Assembly: GCA_964016885.1 (NCBI GenBank)
Contig: OZ024746.1
Location: forward strand, 40,548,001 to 40,612,000
DNA length: 64,000 nt
Direction: 5' to 3'
From: Eledone cirrhosa
Lineage: Eukaryota
Below the pieces are notes generated by a model, which worked only from the letters and a program-made list of their open reading frames with translations, ran no database searches and was not told the DNA's origin. The position numbers were made by a program, and so were the translations under genes. This document shows, piece by piece, positions 50,851-63,810 of this stretch. How positions within the stretch are numbered: position 1 is the first letter of the stretch; each line of letters starts with the position of its first letter.

Positions 50851-50903
<53 letters not shown>

Positions 50904-52136
50904 CTTTTTTAATTGTGGTTACTCCCACCCCGACACAACTCAGGAATCTACATTTACCTATTATCTGTATGTCTTCCTTTTCATTCAGTACACCATATTT
51001 ATCAGTTTTATAGAGGTGTTATGTAGCTTAACCCTTTTGTTTCCATATTTCTACTGACAGATGCTTGCTTATTATTTTCAAATTTTGAAAATAATTAAGA
51101 ATTTGGAGGAATTTAGTAATGTAATGTAATGAACTTTCTCATAACCCTTTAGCATTTAAACTGGCCATATCCAGCCAGAATTCTCTCACTTCTTTCTGTT
51201 CAAACCAGCTGTAACTGGCCACTCATACTGATGTTAAGGTATTGTTCTCAAAATAATTAACATCAAAATCTCATAGATTCGATATCATGTGAGATAAAGC
51301 CTTTACCATGAAAATACAGAGTAATGTAAATGCTTAAAAGGTTAAAGGTTGTTACATAAAATTACAATAGAAAATGTTTAGATAAATATAAACACTTTAA
51401 AATAAGCAGTTTTTTTTATTTTATCATTGACTCTGTAGCTTCATGTGAAGACACGTGGCTTAGTGGTTAGAGTTGGATTCACAATCATGAGGTTGTGCGT
51501 TCAATTCTCGGACTGGGTGATTCTTTGTGTCTTTGAGCAAGACACTTTATTTCACATTGCTCTTTCTGCCAGGACTTGCGACTTGTAGATAGTATCAGCA
51601 AAGGAAAGACCAATGGAAACATTGTTTCCTTTATCTGATTTGACGAGGTCCACCCCACTCGGCAAAAGTCTGGGATCTTGTCGATTGATCAGAGCGATAG
51701 CTTCTAAGAAGGAGGTTGTCTTTCTAATCATGGTTTCTTCTGAGAGAGTGAAGGGCCTTCTTTCATTTGTTCTACACATTTTTTTGTTTTGGTTCCTTGC
51801 TTCTCATCTGTCTGTGTGTTTTCAGCTCTTTCCAACAACTTGTCAACTTTTTCTTGTCTTTATTTCATTCACATTGTTATAAGGACAATGGGATAATACC
51901 AGTAGGAGGAGGGGGAGGTCCTCACCTTCATGATCATTGGCTTCCTGGTCATTAGCATCTTGAGGACCATATCGATTCTTCAGTCATCCTTGGTACTGTA
52001 ATTGATGGTATTTTGGTAACAGCAGCTTGTAGAACCTGCTGCTGTTGCTGGCTCTACTGCTGTTCATTGCTCCTTTGTTTTTTTATATTTGGGTAGGGGG
52101 GGGGGGGTATTTAAAAACTTTTTCAGCTCCTTTACG

Positions 52137-53291
52137 GGCTAAACCAACAAGTAGGAGATCCAGAGCAAGATGGCTAAACCAACAAGTAGGAGATCCAGAG
52201 CAAGATGGCTAAACCAACAAGTAGGAGATCCAGAGCAAGATGGCTAAACCAACAAGTAGGAGACCCAGAGCGAGATGGCTAAACCAACAAGTAGGAGACC
52301 CAGAGCAAGATGGCTAAACCAACAAGTAGGAGACCCAGAGCAAGATGGCTAAACCAACAAGTAGGAGACCCAGAGCAAGATGGCTAAACCAACAAGTAGG
52401 AGACCCAGAGCAAGATGGCTAAACCAACAAGTAGGAGATCCAGAGCAAGATGGCTAAACCAACAAGTAGGAGACCCAGAGCGAGATGGCTAAACCAACAA
52501 GTAGGAGACCCAGAGCAAGATGGCTAAACCAATAAGTAGGAGATCCAGAGCAAGATGGCTAAACCAACAAGTAGGAGACCCAGAGCAAGATGGCTAAACC
52601 AACAAGTAGGAGACCCAGAGCAAGATGGCTAAACCAACAAGTAGGAGACCCAGAGCAAGATGGCTAAACCAACAAGTAGGAGATCCAGAGCAAGATGGCT
52701 AAACCAACAAGTAGGAGATCCAGAGCAAGATGGCTAAATCAACAAGTAGGAGATCCAGAGCAAGATGGCTAAACCAACAAGTAGGAGATCCAGAGCAAGA
52801 TGGCTAAACCAACAAGTAGGAGACCCAGAGCAAGATGGCTAAACCAACAAGTAGGAGACCCAGAGCGAGATGGCTAAACCAACAAGTAGGAGATCCAGAG
52901 CAAGATGGCTAAATCAACAAGTAGGAGATCCAGAGCAAGATGGCTAAACCAACAAGTAGGAGACCCAGAGCAAGATGGCTAAACCAACAAGTAGGAGACC
53001 CAGAGCAAGATGGCTAAACCAACAAGTAGAAGACCTAGAGCAAGATGGCTAAACCAACAAGTAGGAGATCCAGAGCAAGATGGCTAAACCAACAAGTAGG
53101 AGATCCAGAGCAAGATGGCTAAACCAACAAGTAGAAGACCCAGAGCAAGATGGCTAAACCAACAAGTAGGAGATCCAGAGCAAGATGGCTAAACCAACAA
53201 GTAGGAGATCCAGAGCAAGATGGCTAAACCAACAAGTAGGAGATCCAGAGCAAGATGGCTAAACCAACAAGTAGGAGACCCAGAGCAAGAT
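52137..53291. repeat. minisatellite, 33 x 35 bp
   Basis: Unit ggctaaaccaacaagtaggagaYccagagcaagat; 1155 bp = 33 x 35. Confidence 0.97.
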
Positions 53292-56019
53292 GGTTGGATA
53301 ACATCTATGAGCTTGGCTGGTCATGCTTGGTGATCCAGCTGGATCAGTTGGAGATGGTTGCTTCTGAAAGGACCCACTGGAGGGAGTGTTTGAGGACTCT
53401 GCCACCACAACCCTCTCAGGAATAAGTGGACAAAGAAGAAGCTCCTCAGGACAATGAGCCTTCAAACTAACCTTACTGTTACTGCATCACCAGTGTCATG
53501 GCCTTTCTTTCTATACTCATAGCAGTTCAGTTATAAAATTATCCTGTGGATTATAAAGTGGTTTTCAGGAATCATTATGAGGAAGAATCAGTTGCTATTT
53601 CTAATAGGCTCACTAACTACATAGAAGTTCCTTTGTTGATTTGATTAGCTCTAAGTTATCCTTGATCATGCAGGCTTATAGTCAGAAGCATTCCAGATGT
53701 GACAATCCAGTCTGCCTGTATAGACTACACTGTCCAATGTGTCCTTCCATTTTGAAGCCAGTAAGGTTGCTTTTCAAGGGTTGTTTGGCTGCTATTTCTA
53801 AAATATTAGAAGGTGTAACAATAGAAATAAACAAGACTGAAAAAATTGAATACTGACCTATTTCTTCAAATATATAAAAGAAAATATATTCAGTCGAACA
53901 TCTGAAATCAATCAACACTCTTTGATGACACAAGTTTTTTCCTTTTCACTTATTATTAATCACATTTTATGAATAATGGTGTCAGTTGGTTGCAGGTTAT
54001 TTACTATGATGAAAGTTACAAGTGAGTGTCTGTTTATGTTGGAGGGAACAAATTTGAAATGCCTTATATTAACCCTTTAGCATTTAAACTGGCCATATCC
54101 GGCTAGAATTATCTCACCTCTTTCTGTTCAAACTGGCTGTAACCGGCCACTCATAATGATGTTAGGGTATTGTTCTCAAAATAAATATCATCAAAATTTC
54201 ATAGATTCGATATTATGTGAGGTAAAGCCATTACCGTGAAAATATAATAGTAAATATAGAGTAATGTAAATGCTAAAGGGTTTCTGATTTAGGTGCAAGG
54301 CCAACAATTTTAGAGGAGAAGAAAGTCAATTAAATCAACCTCAGTGCATTACTGGTACTTTATTTTATCAATTCCATAAGGATGAAAGGCAAAGCTAACA
54401 TAGGCAGGATTTGAACTCAGAACATAAAGGGATGTATCTATATGCTGTAAAGCTCTACCAATATTGTCTGATGCTCTACTGACACTGCCAATCCACCACC
54501 CTCAATCCTAAATATTTAAAAAAGGGATTATCATTGTTAGAGAATGCTTATGAAATGCTGTAATTTGACTAGCATTGTCTTCACAGATTTATTACATCAT
54601 CTCACTCATCCAATGTCTTGGATCCTTTCATTTTGTAATTTTACTCAAGCAGAGACCAAATCCAAATCCAGTGTCTTCTCATTTCTGCTGAAGGAACCCC
54701 TCCCATGTTGACCTCTCTCCACTTCCTATCTCTGATTATACTGAGCCATGTGGAACTAAGTTATTGGATCAGATCGTTGCGCCTTCTTGCCCACCCTCTA
54801 GTTCTTCTCTACTGCCTTGGTGTCTACTGTCACTAATAATCCACCTGTCGTCTCTGAGAAGAGAAACATGGCTAGCTCATCTATGTTTACCTTTCTGGAT
54901 GCTCTCGATTATGTCCTTCACTCCAGTCTGCTGTCAAATCCAGGTGTTGCTCTTCCTATCACATAAGGTGATGTCAAGCATGATTCGCTCAAGCAAAGAC
55001 CACTAGAGCTAGTTATTAACAACAGCTACAACAAAATACTACTTAGAGTTATTTAGAGAACAACTGCATGGTCATACAAACTGTTAAACATAGTAGCCAA
55101 ATCTCTCTCAAATAGCTGTCATCTGAGTGGAAAGAATAATCTGGGTGATGTTGTCCTAGATTTACTATGAATGAAACAAAAAAATTAACTGAATGGTTAT
55201 GGTTAAAACAGATTTAATCATGTTTATTCAATTAAGGTTGACCTAGATTTAGACAATGAGAACCTAGATTTATGCAAATATGTCCTAGATTTAGACAACC
55301 ATGACAACAAATCTAATGCATTTAATCTGGTTATTTTGAATGTGTGTTATATAGGGTTGTTTCTTTTCAAATACTCTTGTCACCAGTGATTTGCAGATGC
55401 CTTTTTGTGATTTTACACCCTTTATCTCTATATATTTACCTAACTATTTATCCATGTGTGTCTGTGCATGTATGTATGTATTGAGATAAGCCTCTGAATT
55501 TTGAAAGAAATGGGATCTAAGCACTTTAAATTTTGTTTGAATGAGAAATTATTAATATAATTGTTTCTACTATTGGCACAAGGCCAGAAAATTACCCAGT
55601 ACATTACTGGTACTTTATTTTATCGACCCCGTAAGGATGAAAGGCAAAGTTAACCTCGGCGTATTAATATAATCTCAAGATGACAACAAATTAAATGAAG
55701 TCAAAAATACTGGATGATGGCAGACTTTCTTTAAAATTCTTACTTCGTAATTATATATCCCCCAGTTTTTTTTTAAAATCCACTTTTAAAGACACTTAAC
55801 CCTTTAGCATTTAAACCAGCTGTATCTGGCCAGAAATCTCTGACCTTTTTCTGTTCAAACCAGCCGTAACTGGCCAGTCATACTAACATTAAGGTATTGC
55901 TCTCAAAATAATTAATATCAAAATCTGGTAGCTTCGATATTATGTGAAATAAAGCCTGTACTGTGAAAATACAATAGTAAATATAGAGTAACATAAATGT
56001 TAAAGGGCTAAACAATATG

Positions 56020-58940
56020 GTTGGATGAAAAGCACCAAAAAAGATTTTGAAATAAAGAAGGTATTGACATAGACAGTATACCAGAAAATGAATAAAATAT
56101 GGATATCCAGCCTGAAAAGAAACAAAAGTTTGTGACAACAGTAGAGTCTATTTTGTTATAAGGAAGTGGAACATGGGCCATTGACGGGGCAATGGAGACA
56201 CTGTCTGTAGTGAAGTCTATTCTTTTATATGGAAGTGGAACATGGGCCATTGACGGGGCAATGGAGACACTGTCTGTAGTGAAGTCTATTCTTTTATATG
56301 GAAGTGGAACATGGGCCATTGACGGGGCAATGGAGACACTGTCTGTAGTGAAGTCTATTCTTTTATATGGAAGTGGAACATGGGCCATTGACGGGGCAAT
56401 GGAGACACTGTCTGTAGTGAAGTCTATTCTTTTATATGGAAGTGGAACATGGGCCATTGACGGGGCAATGGAGACACTGTCTGTAGTGAAGTCTATTCTT
56501 TTATATGGAAGTGGAACATGGGCCATTGACGGGGCAATGGAGACACTGTCTGTAGTGAAGTCTATTCTTTTATATGGAAGTGGAACATGGGCCATTGACG
56601 GGGCAATGGAGACACTGTCTGTAGTGAAGTCTATTCTTTTATATGGAAGTGGAACATGGGCCATTGACGGGGCAATGGAGACACTGTCTGTAGTGAAGTC
56701 TATTCTTTTATATGGAAGTGGAACATGGGCCATTGACGGGGCAATGGAGACACTGTCTGTAGTGAAGTCTATTCTTTTATATGGAAGTGGAACATAGACC
56801 ATTGACAGGGCAATGGATACATTGTCTGTAGTGAAGTCTATTCTTTTATATGGAAGTGGAACATGGGCCATTGACGGGGCAATGGAGACACTGTCTGTAG
56901 TGAAGTCTATTCTTTTATATGGAAGTGGAACATGGGCCATTGACGGGGCAATGGAGACACTGTCTGTAGTGAAGTCTATTCTTTTATATGGAAGTGGAAC
57001 ATGGGCCATTGACGGGGCAATGGAGACACTGTCTGTAGTGAAGTCTATTCTTTTATATGGAAGTGGAACATGGGCCATTGACAGGGCAATGGATACATTG
57101 TCTGTAGTGAAGTCTATTCTTTTATATGGAAGTGGAACATGGGCCATTGACGGGGCAATGGAGACACTGTCTGTAGTGAAGTCTATTCTTTTATATGGAA
57201 GTGGAACATAGACCATTGACAGGGCAATGGATACATTGTCTGTAGTGAAGTCTATTCTTTTATATGGAAGTGGAACATAGACCATTGACAGGGCAATGGA
57301 GACACTGTCTGTAGTGAAGTCTATTCTTTTATATGGAAGTGGAACATGGGCCATTGACGGGGCAATGGATACATTGTCTGTAGTGAAGTCTATTCTTTTA
57401 TATGGAAGTGGAACATAGACCATTGACAGGGCAATGGATACATTGTCTGTGACTAAAGTGGAGTCTATTCTTTTATATGGAAGTGGAACATGGGCCATTG
57501 ACAGGGCAATGGATACATTGTCTGTAGTGAAGTCTATTCTTTTATATGGAAGTGGAACATAGACCATTGACAGGGCAATGGATACATTGTCTGTGACTAA
57601 AGTGGAGTCTATTCTTTTATATGGAAGTGGAACATGGGCCATTGACAGGGCAATGGATACATTGTCTGTAGTGAAGTCTATTCTTTTATATGGAAGTGGA
57701 ACATAGACCATTGACAGGGCAATGGATACATTGTCTGTGACTAAAGTGGAGTCTATTCTTTTATATGGAAGTGGAACATGGGCCATTGATAGGGCAATGG
57801 ATACACTGTCTGTGACTAAAGTGGAGTCTATTCTTTTATATGGAAGTGGAACATAGACCATTGACAGGGCAATGGATACACTGTCTGTGACTAAAGTGGA
57901 GTCTATTCTTTTATATGGAAGTGGAACATAGACCATTGATAGGGTAATGGATACATTGTCTGTGACTAAAGTGGAGTCTATTCTTTTATATGGAAGTGGA
58001 ACATAGACCATTGATAGGGTAATGGATACATTGTCTGTGACTAAAGTGGAGTCTATTCTTTTATATGGAAGTGGAACATAGACCATTGACAGGGCAATGG
58101 ATACATTGTCTGTGACTAAAGTGGAGTCTATTCTTTTATATGGAAGTGGAACATAGACCATTGATAGGGTAATGGATACATTGTCTGTGACTAAAGTGGA
58201 GTCTATTCTTTTATATGGAAGTGGAACATGGGCCATTGATAGGGCAATGGATACACTGTCTGTGACTAAAGTGGAGTCTATTCTTTTATATGGAAGTGGA
58301 ACATGGGCCATTGATAGGGCAATGGATACACTGTCTGTGACTAAAGTGGAGTCTATTCTTTTATATGGAAGTGGAACATGGGCCATTGATAGGGCAATGG
58401 ATACACTGTCTGTGACTAAAGTGGAGTCTATTCTTTTATATGGAAGTGGAACATGGGCCATTGATAGGGCAATGGATACATTGTCTGTGACTAAAGTGGA
58501 GTCTATTCTTTTATATGGAAGTGGAACATGGGCCATTGATAGGGTAATGGATACATTGTCTGTGACTAAAGTGGAGTCTATTCTTTTATATGGAAGTGGA
58601 ACATGGGCCATTGATAGGGCAATGGAGAAAAAGCGGGACAGTTGCTATACCAGAATGCTGCACATGGCATTGAATGTGTTATGACAAGACAGAATGAGAA
58701 ATAAACACCATCTGTGTCATCCAAGGTAGGCATCAGGAGGATAAAGTTATCAGGACACTGTGTAAGAGACCCAGAGGAAGAGACATCAAAACTGGTACTG
58801 TAGAAACCACCATTCAGACAAAGAGGCCTCCATTGTAGAACAATAACATACATTAATACAATGCTGAAAGACATTAGCTTTGCTAATGTAGATGAATTAA
58901 GAACTACAAAGGGAGGATAGAGATATGATAAACTGATTTT
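56020..58940 (+). mobile_element. RTE-type LINE fragment hosting a tandem expansion
   Basis: VESILLYGSGTW...EKKRDSCYTRMLHMALNV followed by a degenerate SGHCVR..E..SKLVL. Confidence 0.72.
56130..58625. repeat. minisatellite, about 35 units of 69 or 75 bp
   Basis: Unit agtctattcttttatatggaagtggaacatgggccattgacggggcaatggagacactgtctgtagtga. About 20 short units on the left and 14 long units on the right. Confidence 0.97.
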
Positions 58941-59941
58941 ATGTAAATGGAACCTCGGCTGAAGTGAAGAAATGAAGTAATCGCTATGAGCTGTTTCCTT
59001 TGAACTTATATTTTTTCCACACATGCAATTGTCAACAAAGATTACAGGGGGAGGGGGATATGGGGGGGGGGGGTGAAGAAAGAGATGGGGAGAGGGTGTT
59101 AGGAGAGGAAAAAAGACAACAGAGCTGAAGAAGATGATGAAGAGCAGGAAGATGAATAAGAAGGAGTAGATGGGTGGAGTAGCCGATTCTTATGTCAGTA
59201 TTCTGACAAACATACAGGAGTGTCGATATGCTCCACTGATTGTAGTTCTTATGGTCACAGCTGGTTACTGAGGAAAATATTTTAATTTCATTTTTATTTT
59301 AAAGGACATAACTGTGTTCACATTTATGCAAACATACATACACATACATACACACACACACACGTACATATACATAGATACATATCATCATCATCATCAT
59401 TTCATTTTACGTCCGCTTTTCCCTGCTTGCAAGGGTGGGACAGGAACTGATGCTGGCTTGATTTCTACAGCTGGATGCCCTTCCTAACACCAACCTCATT
59501 TACAGTATATATATATATATATATACACACACATATGTATCTATGACTGTGTACGTGTTCACACTTATGCAAAAATTCATACTCACACATATACACATAC
59601 ATAGATGTGTGAGTGTGTGTATATATATATATCTATATATATATATGTAAAATAATGATGATGATAGGCACATACATACACACACATACCCATACATGCC
59701 CCCTCTCTCCCTATATATATTTTAATATATAGATACATATATCCATATAAAGTTAACGGCCAAGAGAAAAGAGTACTCAATACTGAAGTAGAGTTTAAAT
59801 ATTCATTTTATTAAGGCTAAACAGAGAGTCTTGTTATTCTGGAGTTTCACCTGCTTCTCAGTCATCACTTGTCTCATCCTGTGAAAAGCAGGTGAAACTC
59901 CAGAGTAATAAAATTAATATATATGTATATATATATATATA

Positions 59942-60670
59942 CTAGCAGTGTATCCCGGCGTTGCACGGGTAAGAACATTGGTAATAGCACCTCCAATGAG
60001 AAATGTTTATTTGTGAGTGCCTGTTAAAAACTCACGAAAATATACCAACAGGAAACTTGTTTTATTTGGAGAAAATTAAGAAGTTGAAAGTACAGTTTAG
60101 TTGTCTACGTGCATTGTTCATAGAAATATTGTTGAGCCCCTTCTTTTCATACTCCTGTTTTGGCCTTTTGGAGTAAATGTGAAAGAGAAAGTCACAGGTT
60201 AAGTTGGCAGAAGGTTCCAGTGTCAGCAGTAAGGCGTAGGCTACTTACCTCAAAAGTTCATTCGCACTCTTTCCACTAAGTTACTCTTTCTCTCTATCCT
60301 TCTCGGTGCAGTCCCTTGCGAATTTCTCGCGTAGGCCTGGTGTAGATTTGCATCCGATGCATCTGCCCGATGCACATGTCCGCTTTGTACGGCTTTTGGA
60401 GGAAGGAGTGACCAGCAGTATGTTGTTCAGTATTATTACGAAAAGGTGTAGCAGAAAATCCCACGTGAACTAACAGCTCGGGAGGAAACTGCTTACCTCG
60501 AAGATTCATTCGCCATCGTTTTTGTCAACACTCCGTTTACTTGGTATTTGTTGGTCTACAGTTAGATGAATGGCGCACAAAGGGTTAATGTTTATTGGCA
60601 AGAAGTTTTTTGAATAATAAAAGACGGGTTAAAACGACCTACAATGTATCTGTGTGTATATATATATATA
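59942..60670 (-). mobile_element. non-autonomous Helitron (5' end lost in microsatellite)
   Basis: Minus-strand 3' end cccgtgcaacgccgggatacactgCTAG|T. Confidence 0.65.
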
Positions 60671-60969
60671 CACAGATACATATATATATGTGTATGTATG
60701 TATATATATATATATGTGTGTATGTATGTATATATATATATGTGTGTATGTATATACATATATGTGTGTATGTATATACATATGTGTGTCACCATCATTT
60801 TCATTTCATTTTACGTCCACTTTTCCCTGCTTGCAAGGGTGGGACGGGAACTGATTCTGGCTTGATTTCTACAGCTGGATGCCCTTCCTAACACCAACCT
60901 CATTTACAGTGAGTGCTGGGTGCTTTTTTTTGCCGTGGCACCTCCACGACCACTTTGCAGTGGAATGAT

Positions 60970-61271
60970 GTGTGTATGTATATATGTATATATATGTGTA
61001 TGTATATATATATGTATATACATATATATATATATATGTATATACATATATATATATATATGTATATACATATATATATGTATATACATATATATATATA
61101 TATGTATATACATATATATATATATGTATATACATATATATATATGTATATACATATATATATATATATGTATATACATATATATATATATGTATATACA
61201 TATATATATACATATATATATATGTATATACATATATATATATGTATATACATATATATATATGTATATAC

Positions 61272-61303
<32 letters not shown>

Positions 61304-61420
61304 GTATATACATATATATATATATATGTATATACATATATATATATATGTATATACATATATATATATATACGTGTATATACATATATATATATATGTA
61401 TATACATATATATATATACA
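60970..61420. repeat. compound (TA)n/TG/CA microsatellite
   Basis: catatatata..tgtatata units. Confidence 0.95.
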
Positions 61421-61510
61421 TAATGGAAAAATTTGAACAGGAACAAAACAGAGAGGCAGTACAACGAATGTTTATTAATTTCACGCTCTGGAGAGCGGGG
61501 TGGTGGTGGG

Positions 61511-61546
61511 GAACGACGTTTCGGGCATAAGCCCTTCCTCAGGTGA
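61511..61546 (-). ncRNA. Penelope-type minimal hammerhead motif
   Basis: cac-CUGAGGA-a[gggc uuau gccc]-GAAAC-GUC-gu with a palindromic ACGU stem III. Confidence 0.65.
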
Positions 61547-62966
61547 GAAGTGTGTGGGAACAGAGTTCAAAGGGTGTGTAGGGGAGTGGTGGAGAGACAT
61601 ATAGCGAAAGGAAACGGTGCGAATGATATTAAAAATAAAAGTAAAAATAGAGCATGATCAAAATACAAGGAATGAAATAAAATTAAATATAAAAGCATGA
61701 TCAAAATAAACTGAAATTAAAAAGGGGTAAAACAGGTGGTGGAAGGGTGTGGGGGTGTAGGGGGGGGGGGGGGATAGGGGGGGGGGGGGTCCGAGCAGGG
61801 AGGGCTGAAGGTGGTGTGTGTGTAGGTGTACGTGTGTGTGTGTGAAAGCAAGGGCCGGGGGAAGAACGGGGCCACACGCCCAGGAAGAGGTGTGTGTGTG
61901 GGGGGGGTTAGGTCGGAGTGTCTGTGCGCGCGTGGACTGAGGGGCGGGGGGAGAGGAATCAGGAGGCCGAGGGTGTAAATATGTGGTGGAAAGCACGTGT
62001 GTGCGTGGGGTTTAAGCGTGCCGTGGGTGCAGGTGGCGTGTGGGAGAAAAAAAATTTTTTGGGTGTGTGTGTGTGGGTGAGTTACACAGGTGATTCCGTA
62101 AGAGGATGGTTGAAATGTTGGTAAAATCCTATGATGTTTAGTGGATTCTGTGGTGGTCAAGTTCCACATACGAGCACTCCATGAAGAGATGGTCGGAAGA
62201 GGAGAGACGCGGGGCGCGCGCGCAACAGGAAGTGGTCAAGCGGTGGGAGTGCTGTGTGTCTGTCTGTGCCAGGAGGTGGTCAGTGGGCATAGCAGCAGTC
62301 GGTGGAATGGTAAAGGGGCGAGGATGGGTAGGTGTGAAAGTTGGAGTGAGGAGGGTGTGTGTATCAGCAGAGGTGTCAGTGGGATGAGTGAGTGTGGAGC
62401 GAGGGTGCGGGTGGAACGGGGAGAGAAGGGTGTGTGTAGTTCTATGGAGGGAGTGTGGTGTACTGGTGTGTGTGTAGTTTGATGAAGGGGGTGTTAGTGG
62501 GTGTTAGTATACGGGAGGTGGGGAAGGGTTGAATGCAGGTGCGAGTGGGGGCCAGTGGTGGTAGGGTGTGTAGAGTTGGTGGTGTAAGTGGGTACGTGTG
62601 CGTGGGGTTGGGGGGTGTTAGTGATGTTAGTTGCGTGTGGGGTGGGTCGTGTAAGTGGGTGCGTGTGCCCGCGTGCTTGGGGTCAGGGGGTGTCAGTGAG
62701 GTTAGTTGCGGGGTGGTGGGATGGAGGTGTGGGGGCGAAGGTCAGTGGTGGCAGCAGGGTGTGTGTTCAGTGTGAGCGTGTGTATATATGTGTGCCAGTG
62801 GGTGTGTGCGTGTGACAAGGAGGGGGGAGGAGGAGAAGAAGGGAGGGATGCCAGCATGTCAGTTGGGGAAGGGTGGTCGGATGAGGGGTGTGGTGGAGGT
62901 GCCAGTATTGTTAGCCGCGGGGTGGGCGGTGAAAAGGAGGGGTGTGCTAGTGGTGCCAGTGGGGGA

Positions 62967-63169
62967 TATGTATATACATATATATATATATATGTATATA
63001 CATATATATATATGTATATACATATATATATATGTATATACATATATATATATGTATATACATATATATATATGTATATACATATATATATATGTATATA
63101 CATATATATATATGTATATACATATATATATGTATATACATATATATATGTATATACATATATATATAC

Positions 63170-63246
<77 letters not shown>

Positions 63247-63443
63247 CATACATATATATATATATACATATATATATACATATATATATACATATATATA
63301 TATATACATATATATATACATATATATATACATATATATATATATACATATATATATACATATATATATATATACATATATATATACATATATATATATA
63401 TACATATATATATACATATATATATATATACATATATATATAC

Positions 63444-63479
<36 letters not shown>

Positions 63480-63518
63480 GTACATATATATATATATATA
63501 TATATATGTACATATATA

Positions 63519-63572
<54 letters not shown>

Positions 63573-63578
63573 TATATA

Positions 63579-63671
<93 letters not shown>

Positions 63672-63771
63672 TATATATATATATATGTATATACACATAT
63701 ATATATATGTATATACATATATATATATGTGTATATACATATATATATGTGTATATACATATATATATATA

Positions 63772-63808
<37 letters not shown>
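62967..63808. repeat. compound (TA)n microsatellite of about 840 bp
   Basis: About 20-bp catatatatatatgtatata units grading into TA/CA runs. Confidence 0.95.

Positions 63809-63810
<2 letters not shown>

Noticed and set aside
52137-53291. CRISPR array (35-bp periodicity)
   Set aside because: Units are head-to-tail with no unique spacers, there are no cas genes, and the context is eukaryotic.
56008-58611. 867-aa repeat-protein gene
   Set aside because: It is the antisense frame of an RTE-derived minisatellite. Openness follows from a stop-free unit with length divisible by 3, and there is no evidence of expression.
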